Assembly: GCA_965219085.1 (NCBI GenBank)
Contig: OZ244720.1
Coordinates: 384,001 to 448,000 of the forward strand
From: Dehalococcoidia bacterium
Lineage (GTDB): Bacteria; Chloroflexota; Dehalococcoidia; UBA2979
DNA length: 64,000 nucleotides
Reading direction: 5' to 3'
Under the pieces are notes generated by a model. The model ran no database searches. It saw nothing but the letters and a program-made list of their open reading frames with translations, and was not told where the DNA came from. Shown here one piece after another: positions 57,517-64,000 of this stretch; the first letter of the stretch is position 1; each line of letters opens with the position of its first letter. Both the position numbers and the translations under genes were made by a program.

Positions 57517-58800
57517 TCAGGCGATGGCGCTCAGTTCCCGCAGCCGCGCGATCTCCGCGTCGTCGACGCCGTGCTCGTGTAGCACCTCGTCCGTGTGGCG
57601 GCCGAGGGGCGGTGAGGGGCGCGTCGAGCCCGTCGGTGTCTCCGACATCGACACGATCGGGCCGACCATCGTCTCGGGGCCCGTCAGCTCGTGCTCGAGC
57701 TCGATCATGTAGCCCATCGCCTGCACCTGCGGGTCGGTGGCGAGGTCCTCGGGCCAGTTCACCTTCGAGATCGGCGCGCCCTCACGGTCGAAGATCTCGA
57801 GCCACTCGTCCATGGTCCTGGTGAGCATGATCTTGCGGATGCGCTCCAGCATCACGTCGACGAGCTTGCGGTTCTCCGCCGGAAGCGAGTCGAAGTCGGG
57901 GTCGGCCGTCGGGTCGTCCTCGACGCCGATCGCGCGCCGCATCTGGTCGCGGTTGAGCGGGGTGAGCGCCCCAAGGATGACGCCGCCGTCCTTGACGGCG
58001 TAGCCGCCGTAGAACAGGCGGGCCGCCGCCCGCCCCATCTGGTCGAAGAGGTTGCCGCGCGCCGCGATCAGCTCGCGGTAGCTGCCGCCGGCCTCCTGCA
58101 CCTCGCGCATGCGGTCCAGCGCCCGGTCGGTGGTCTGGGCGTCGATCGCGGGCAGCTTGCCGATGCGCGTGCCCTGCATGGCGAGGCCGGCCTGCAGCAG
58201 CGATGTCTGGACGTGCTGGCCCTTGCCGGTGCGCTCGCGGTGGAAGAGCGCCGCGGAGATCGCCATCGCGCCGGCCAGCCCGGCGTGGAAGTCGGCGGGC
58301 GCGGTCGCGGTGATGATCTCCGGTGCGCCGTGCTCGTCGACCTTGCCGTCACCGGCGAGGAGGCCCGAGTAGGCCTGCGCCACGGCGTCCGAGCCCGAAC
58401 GGAACTCGCTGGGACCGCCACGCCCGAAGCCGGTGTTCTCGAAGTAGACGAGGTCCGGGCGGAACTGCTTCAGCGTTTCGTAGTCCACGCGCAGCCGCTC
58501 CGGCACGCCGGAGCGAGCGTTGATCACGAACACGTCGAAGCCCGCGATGATGCGGTGCACCAGCTCCTGGGCGTCGGTCGACTGCAGGTCCATGACGAGC
58601 GACCGCTTGCCGCGGTTGAGCGAGTGGAAGCCCTTGCTCTCGCCAGGCACGAAGCCGCCGGACTGGCGGATGCCCTCGCCGCCCGGGGGTTCGACCTTGA
58701 TCACGTCGGCGCCGAGGTCGACGAGGTTGAGGCCGCAGTAGGGCCCGGCCACGATCTGCGAGACCTCGAACACCTTGATGCCATCCAGCGGACCCGGCAT
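57517..58800 (-). CDS. CaiB/BaiF CoA-transferase, close paralog of 5040-6320
   Basis: MPGPLDGIKVFEVSQI, NRGKRS, ADFHAG. Confidence 0.93.
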   Translation of the reverse strand: MPGPLDGIKVFEVSQIVAGPYCGLNLVDLGADVIKVEPPGGEGIRQSGGFVPGESKGFHSLNRGKRSLVMDLQSTDAQELVHRIIAGFDVFVINARSGVPERLRVDYETLKQFRPDLVYFENTGFGRGGPSEFRSGSDAVAQAYSGLLAGDGKVDEHGAPEIITATAPADFHAGLAGAMAISAALFHRERTGKGQHVQTSLLQAGLAMQGTRIGKLPAIDAQTTDRALDRMREVQEAGGSYRELIAARGNLFDQMGRAAARLFYGGYAVKDGGVILGALTPLNRDQMRRAIGVEDDPTADPDFDSLPAENRKLVDVMLERIRKIMLTRTMDEWLEIFDREGAPISKVNWPEDLATDPQVQAMGYMIELEHELTGPETMVGPIVSMSETPTGSTRPSPPLGRHTDEVLHEHGVDDAEIARLRELSAIA

Positions 58801-58950
58801 GTACGATCCCTCCCTCTACGTCGTGGCCTTCGCCCCGTGCGCCGCGTGATGCGGCGCGCCGTTTCGGTTCATCTACGCGAGGCAGCGAGCACGCGCAACG
58901 TGGACGGTTCAGAGCGGTGACGCGAGAGCCAGTCTGTAGCTGGACGTGCG

Positions 58951-59229
58951 TCAGGCCGACGCTGAGCTATGTGTGCTGCTGCCCGTTGAGCGCTCTTTGA
59001 AGCGATCGAGGGCGCGATCGGCCATTCCGGCAATGTCGAAGAAGTAGCGTGCGTGTGTGCGCCTGAGGTCGTCTTCGGACTCACCGTAGAAGAGCACAAC
59101 CTCGTGGCTGCTGCCCAAGGCCTCGCGCTCGCGCTCTGAGTACGCCGCAAGCGCCTCACCGACTTCCTCGATCGGGGTGACGCTGACCTCGCTGGTGTCA
59201 TGGTCGTAGTCGAGCAGGAAGTACTTCAT
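58951..59229 (-). CDS. Putative CapRel-type antitoxin/sensor, stand-alone
   Basis: YFLL...A..AY...E...EVVL...S..DLRRTHARYF resembles the CapRel C-terminal domain; ATGA overlap with the SAS gene. Confidence 0.65.
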   Translation of the reverse strand: MKYFLLDYDHDTSEVSVTPIEEVGEALAAYSEREREALGSSHEVVLFYGESEDDLRRTHARYFFDIAGMADRALDRFKERSTGSSTHSSASA

Positions 59230-60017
59230 TCGAACATCCGTGTGAGCGCGTCGATCGCGTCGCCCACAATCCGTTGCTGGGCGTCGCTGAGGGCTACTTC
59301 GAACTCGCCCGGCAGTGTATCAGAGGGGATCGATGCCAGAGCATGTAGCTGCATCGCCGTGGCTGCTGCAGTCAGCAGTTCCATCAGCGCACCTCCAAGG
59401 TCTGGCGCGTTTCGATCATCAGTGCCGTCAGACTCAAGGCGACGTGCTGCGGTAGCGTCCAATCCCGCGCAAAGCAGGGATGCATCATCCAGCACCTTGC
59501 GCGCCGCAGACGGGCCGCCTCCGTACTTGATCTCGGGATCCAGATTGTTTGCGAGTGCCTCAGACGCATTCGCCCACATGTCTTCCCACAGCGTGCGCAC
59601 CTGCACCTCAACCGGCCGCCCCTGCGCTCGAACGACGATGTGGATCGCGCGGTATCCGTCGCGCGGAGTCGTCTGGTAGTCACGCTCGCGCATGACCTCC
59701 CAGGCTCCGCGGATGCGATAGAGCACCTGCCGCTGCTCGACCATCGTCGGCAGGACTACGCGACACCCAGCGATGTCCTCCAGCCGAGACAGGTCGCTCG
59801 TCGAGCGGCGAAGCTTCTCGACCACGGTCTCGAAGCGCTTCAGGCGTGATTGGACCGGCGCACCGTCTGCGAAGCTCCCGATGGCTTGGGCAACTTCGAG
59901 CAGCGGCTCAGCGAATGTGTCCCGATAGTCGGCGTAGATCTGGCGATCCGCCTCACTCGGCGTTTCGTCTTTGCGCAGGCGCTCACCCGCGCGTCTGACT
60001 TGACTGCGACTCACCAT
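59226..60017 (-). CDS. RelA/SpoT small alarmone synthetase (toxSAS, CapRel-like)
   Basis: SRSQVRRAG, RLKR..T..EKL, DIAGCR, DGYRAIH, EVQVRT...WA. Confidence 0.88.
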   Translation of the reverse strand: MVSRSQVRRAGERLRKDETPSEADRQIYADYRDTFAEPLLEVAQAIGSFADGAPVQSRLKRFETVVEKLRRSTSDLSRLEDIAGCRVVLPTMVEQRQVLYRIRGAWEVMRERDYQTTPRDGYRAIHIVVRAQGRPVEVQVRTLWEDMWANASEALANNLDPEIKYGGGPSAARKVLDDASLLCAGLDATAARRLESDGTDDRNAPDLGGALMELLTAAATAMQLHALASIPSDTLPGEFEVALSDAQQRIVGDAIDALTRMFE

Positions 60018-60063
60018 GCTTGATCCAGCGTCGCACATTGCCGGGCCCCGCGCCCGGCGCCGG

Positions 60064-60669
60064 CTACTGACAGTAGCCGGCGTTCTGGAGGAGTTCCGCC
60101 TGGCGGAACGCGAGGTTGATCCACTCGTTCACCGTGACATTGCTGAACGCGATCTCCTCGGTCGAGCCGGCGGCCTCGATGATCACTTCCTGGTCGCGCA
60201 GGGCGTCGCGCAAGCCCTCGTAGGTCTGCCGCAGCAACTCGTGCAGGGCCGCGGTGCGTTCCGGCGGCTCGATCAGCGAGAGCTGGTCCAGGGCCGCTTC
60301 CACCGCTCCGTATTGCCCCGGAAAGATCGACTCCGCGCGCTCTTTGCGCTCGGCAAGCGACAGCTCTTGCGGGTCGCGAGGGTCGCCGCTGGCGAGGAAG
60401 TCCGAGGCGAAGGTGCGCGTGAGTCGGCAGACCCTGGCCCCCCAGATCGCGACCGCGCGGTCCTCGCCCTGGAGCGCGGGGTCGATGGTGGCAGTGGGGG
60501 TGGGGGTCTCGGTCGTGATGCCCCCGGCGGTCGGGGTGGGCGTCGGGGTCGGCGTCGGGGTTTGCTCGGTCTCGCCACCGGGACAGGCCGTGATGGCGAG
60601 CGTCAGCATGAGCGTGATACTCAGCGCGAACAGCCGCGAGCGGTACGTCCAGAGTCGCCTGGAGGTCAT
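60064..60669 (-). CDS. Putative lipoprotein with PT linker
   Basis: ITAC lipobox, (PT)n, helical domain. Confidence 0.75.
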   Translation of the reverse strand: MTSRRLWTYRSRLFALSITLMLTLAITACPGGETEQTPTPTPTPTPTAGGITTETPTPTATIDPALQGEDRAVAIWGARVCRLTRTFASDFLASGDPRDPQELSLAERKERAESIFPGQYGAVEAALDQLSLIEPPERTAALHELLRQTYEGLRDALRDQEVIIEAAGSTEEIAFSNVTVNEWINLAFRQAELLQNAGYCQ

Positions 60670-60787
60670 GGGTAGGGTGCCTTCGCCGTCCCGTGGCGAA
60701 CCGCGATTGCGGTGGGAAGCGGGTGCGCTCCGGCCATTCTAACCCGCGGGCCCGGCCACTGGGCAGGCCGTGAGACGGGGTCGCGCG

Positions 60788-60858
60788 GAAACGCCGTCGC
60801 AATACCCCAGCAAGAAATGCGTCACTCAGTCTTCATCGAGGCGACACCGCGGTGAAAC
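60788..60858 (+). promoter_or_regulatory. GlnR-box-like array upstream of the second amt
   Basis: GAAAC, GCAAT, GCAAG, GTCAC, TTCAT, GACAC, GAAAC at exact 11-bp spacing (60788 to 60854). Confidence 0.55.
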
Positions 60859-60899
60859 CGCCCCCGCCTAGTGTTTCGGCTGGAAAGGAGGGTAGTCGT

Positions 60900-62384
60900 A
60901 TGAGAGTGCATTATCTCAGCCCCGTTGCGTTAGTGGTGGGTGTCGGGGCTGCGCTGGTTGCGGGGACAAGCTTCGCTGCCGCACAGGAGGTGGAGGACGC
61001 GATTGCGGATTTGACCGCCGCGCTCGACACCGCCTGGCTGCTGCTCGCCGGCGTCCTGGTGTTGTTCATGCAGGCCGGGTTCGGCCTGGTCGAGTCGGGA
61101 TTCATCCGCTCGAAGAACGTCACCAACATCCTGATGAAGAACGCGCTGGACCTCTCGTTCGGCGCGATCGCCTACTGGGCGGTCGGTTTCGGCCTGGCCT
61201 ACGGCACCACCGAGTTCATCGACATCAGGTTCTTCGGCGGTGGCAGCTTCTTCTTCGGAGGAGAGGACGCGGACTACGCGACGTTCTTCTTCCAGTTCGC
61301 GTTCGCGGCCACGGCAGCGACGATCGTGTCGGGCGCGGTCGCGGAGCGGACGAGGTTCGCCGCGTACCTGATCTACACGGTGGCCATCACCGCCGTGATC
61401 TACCCGGTGGTCACCCACTGGGTGTGGGGCGAGGGTTTCCTGAGCGCCTACGCCGGTTCGATCCAGTTCGGCGATAACGGCATGATCGACTTCGCCGGCT
61501 CGACCGTCGTCCACTCGGTGGGCGGCTGGGCCGCGCTGGTCGGCGCGATCATGGTGGGAGCACGCCGCGGCAAGTTCGGCCCGGGCGGGATCGTCAACGC
61601 CCTGCCCGGTCACTCGATGCCGCTGGGCTTCCTCGGCGTGATGATCCTGTGGATCGGCTGGTACGGCTTCAACGCCGGTTCGACGCTCGGCCTGAGCGGC
61701 GGCTTCGCGGACCTCGCGGCGCGTGTCGCGGTGACCACTACGCTCGCGGCGGGAGCCGGCGCTGCAACGGCGATGATCATCTCCAGGCTGCGCACGGGTC
61801 ATTCGGACCTGTCGCTGACGCTCAACGGTGTGCTGGGCGGCCTGGTCGGCATCACGGCCGGCTGCGCCACGGTGGAGCCGTGGGGCGCGGTCATCATCGG
61901 CATCGTCGCCGGCGCGATCATCGTGGGCGGCGTGGAACTGCTCTACAAGTTCCAGATCGACGACCCGGTGGGTGCGGTGCCCGTGCACCTCTTCAACGGC
62001 ATCTGGGGCACGCTGGCGGTCGGCCTGTTCTCGACCCAGGCCAACCTCGCCCCGAACTACGCAGACTCCGCCAACTACGGCCTGCTGGTCGGCGGCGGGA
62101 TCGAGCTGTTCCTGTACCAGGTCATCGGCGTGGTGACCGTGGGTGTCTGGACCGTGGTGACGTCGGTCATCCTGTTCGGCATCATCAAGTACACGATTGG
62201 ACTGCGGGCTGCGGAGTCCGAGGAGGAGAGCGGCCTCGATGTGGCCGAGCACGCCATGGAGGCGTACCCCGAGTTCACCGGTGGTCGCGACCCGTTCGGT
62301 CCGCACTTCGGTGCGCCGGCGCTCCAGGCGGGCGGTGCATCCATTGCGGGCAGCGCTCCCATCCCCACGGACGACGCAGGGTAA
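60900..62384 (+). CDS. amt: Ammonium transporter, second paralog
   Basis: FMQAGF, DFAGSTVVH, WYGFNAGS, DDPVGAVPVH. Confidence 0.96.
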   Translation: MRVHYLSPVALVVGVGAALVAGTSFAAAQEVEDAIADLTAALDTAWLLLAGVLVLFMQAGFGLVESGFIRSKNVTNILMKNALDLSFGAIAYWAVGFGLAYGTTEFIDIRFFGGGSFFFGGEDADYATFFFQFAFAATAATIVSGAVAERTRFAAYLIYTVAITAVIYPVVTHWVWGEGFLSAYAGSIQFGDNGMIDFAGSTVVHSVGGWAALVGAIMVGARRGKFGPGGIVNALPGHSMPLGFLGVMILWIGWYGFNAGSTLGLSGGFADLAARVAVTTTLAAGAGAATAMIISRLRTGHSDLSLTLNGVLGGLVGITAGCATVEPWGAVIIGIVAGAIIVGGVELLYKFQIDDPVGAVPVHLFNGIWGTLAVGLFSTQANLAPNYADSANYGLLVGGGIELFLYQVIGVVTVGVWTVVTSVILFGIIKYTIGLRAAESEEESGLDVAEHAMEAYPEFTGGRDPFGPHFGAPALQAGGASIAGSAPIPTDDAG

Positions 62385-62735
<351 letters not shown>

Positions 62736-62869
62736 CCGCTGAGGACCGGGAACCGGAAACCCGTGACCGTGTCCCCGAGCGTGCGCGACTGGATTCCAGG
62801 CGCCACGCTCGGGGCGCGGTGATCGGACCCGGCCCCCGGCCTCGGAGGACACGTGGCGGGAGTTTCCCC

Positions 62870-63202
62870 GTGAACGCACAATCGACTACAGAGGTTCCCC
62901 CGGCTACCCGCATCGCGGTGGGTGACCTCGTCATCGACCGCGAGCGGTACCTCGTCACCATCGGGGAGCGCACGGCGGAGCTCACGTACATGGAGTTCGA
63001 GGCGCTGTACTTCATCGCCGCCGCGGAAGGGCGGGTCGCCTCGTACGAGACGCTTGCGGGAGCGCTGTGGGAGGACGCCGACGGTGATCACCGTCGGCGT
63101 CTCGCGGTACTGGTGTCGCGCATCCGCTCCAAGCTCGGTCACGGTGCGGACTACCTCCAGACCGTGCGCCAGGTCGGTTACCGGCTACTCGCGCACGAGT
63201 AG
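62870..63202 (+). CDS. Stand-alone OmpR/PhoB-type winged-helix DNA-binding protein (GlnR C-domain-like)
   Basis: LTYMEFEAL, SRIRSKLG, TVRQVGYR; no receiver domain. Confidence 0.8.
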   Translation: MNAQSTTEVPPATRIAVGDLVIDRERYLVTIGERTAELTYMEFEALYFIAAAEGRVASYETLAGALWEDADGDHRRRLAVLVSRIRSKLGHGADYLQTVRQVGYRLLAHE

Positions 63203-63283
63203 CGCGACTGGCTCCGCCACCCGCTACGATGCCCCGGAGCCGGCGCGACGCCGGCGCACCATCGTTGCGGGCATCGAGGCGCC

Positions 63284-64000
63284 ATGGCCACGCGAGACCT
63301 CCATCAAGTCGCCATCGTCGGCGCGTACAACACGGTGCAGGCCCGCCACCTGGCGGGCGAAACCTCCTTCTCGATCACGCTCGACGCCGTGCGCGGCGCG
63401 CTCGCCGACGCAGGCATGGAGGCCGCCGACGTTGACGGCCTGAACATCACCACGGGTACGGGCGGCGGTTCGCAGAACCAGCGCGACTGGGTGCACCAGT
63501 TTGGCGGCCGGGCGATGTGGATGGGCGCGCAGTCGACCGGCGTCCCGGCCGTCCTCGAGGCGGCCTCGGCGATCGCGGCGGGTTACTGCCACACCGTCGT
63601 GCTCGCCAACGGGCAGGCAGGCGCCTACACGGAGCGCGCCTCGACGGCCCCGTGGACGCGACCGAGCAACGAGTTCGTCGAGTGCTGGGGGCTATACACG
63701 GCGGCGGAGTTCGCGCTCATCGCGCAGCGACACATGCACCTCTACGGCACGAAGCCCGAGCACCTCGCAGAGGTCGCCTCGGCGGTACGCACGCACGGCG
63801 GGATGAACCCCGACGCGGTCTACTCGAACCGCGTGATCACGCCCGAGGACGTGCTGAACTCGCCGATGATCGCCGACCCGTTCCGCCTGCTCGACTGCGC
63901 CATGACCGGCGAGGGCGGCGCGGGCCTCGTGCTCACGACGGTCGAGCGCGCCCGCGACCTCGAGGTGCAGCCGGTGTACGTGCTCGGCGGCGGCCTCGAC
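63284..64000 (+). CDS. Thiolase-family (SCP-x-like) protein, runs off window
   Basis: VAIVGAYNT, ALADAG...DVDG, MIADPFRLLDCAMTGEGGAG. Confidence 0.88.
   Translation, partial: MATRDLHQVAIVGAYNTVQARHLAGETSFSITLDAVRGALADAGMEAADVDGLNITTGTGGGSQNQRDWVHQFGGRAMWMGAQSTGVPAVLEAASAIAAGYCHTVVLANGQAGAYTERASTAPWTRPSNEFVECWGLYTAAEFALIAQRHMHLYGTKPEHLAEVASAVRTHGGMNPDAVYSNRVITPEDVLNSPMIADPFRLLDCAMTGEGGAGLVLTTVERARDLEVQPVYVLGGGLD

Overview
High-GC bacterial chromosomal segment. The gene content suggests Chloroflexota (Dehalococcoidia-like), possibly sponge-associated; this is inference from six CaiB/BaiF CoA-transferases, ccr and a secreted plant-type LRR/InlB-B-repeat protein. The core content is: a Ktr/Trk K+ uptake pair, ABC exporters, Ogg/Ogt DNA repair, an FMO, a frameshifted Rieske-glutamate-synthase fusion, amtB-glnK-glnD and a second amt-PII-wHTH locus, ccr, gltA and several hydrolases. 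Interspersed are two complete IS elements (ISNCY/IS1202-like and IS481) and small defence-type inserts (orphan Dam-type MTase, Ser/Thr kinase, HEPN relic, AAA-DUF4143, ImmA/IrrE-DUF4411, NYN relic, split CapRel-like toxSAS pair). The most unusual structures are five. (1) An 11-unit, 23-bp-period TTGCAAT array running into the start codon of an AAA+/wHTH/PD-(D/E)XK gene. (2) Three tandem secreted-protein genes sharing a ~55-aa N-terminal domain and an upstream motif, with unrelated C-terminal cargo. (3) A split CapRel-like pair. (4) 11-bp-phased GlnR-like boxes before both amt genes. (5) Repeated orphan or duplicated gene 3' ends. No rRNA, tRNA or true CRISPR array was seen. All family calls come from motif recognition by eye, not database searches.
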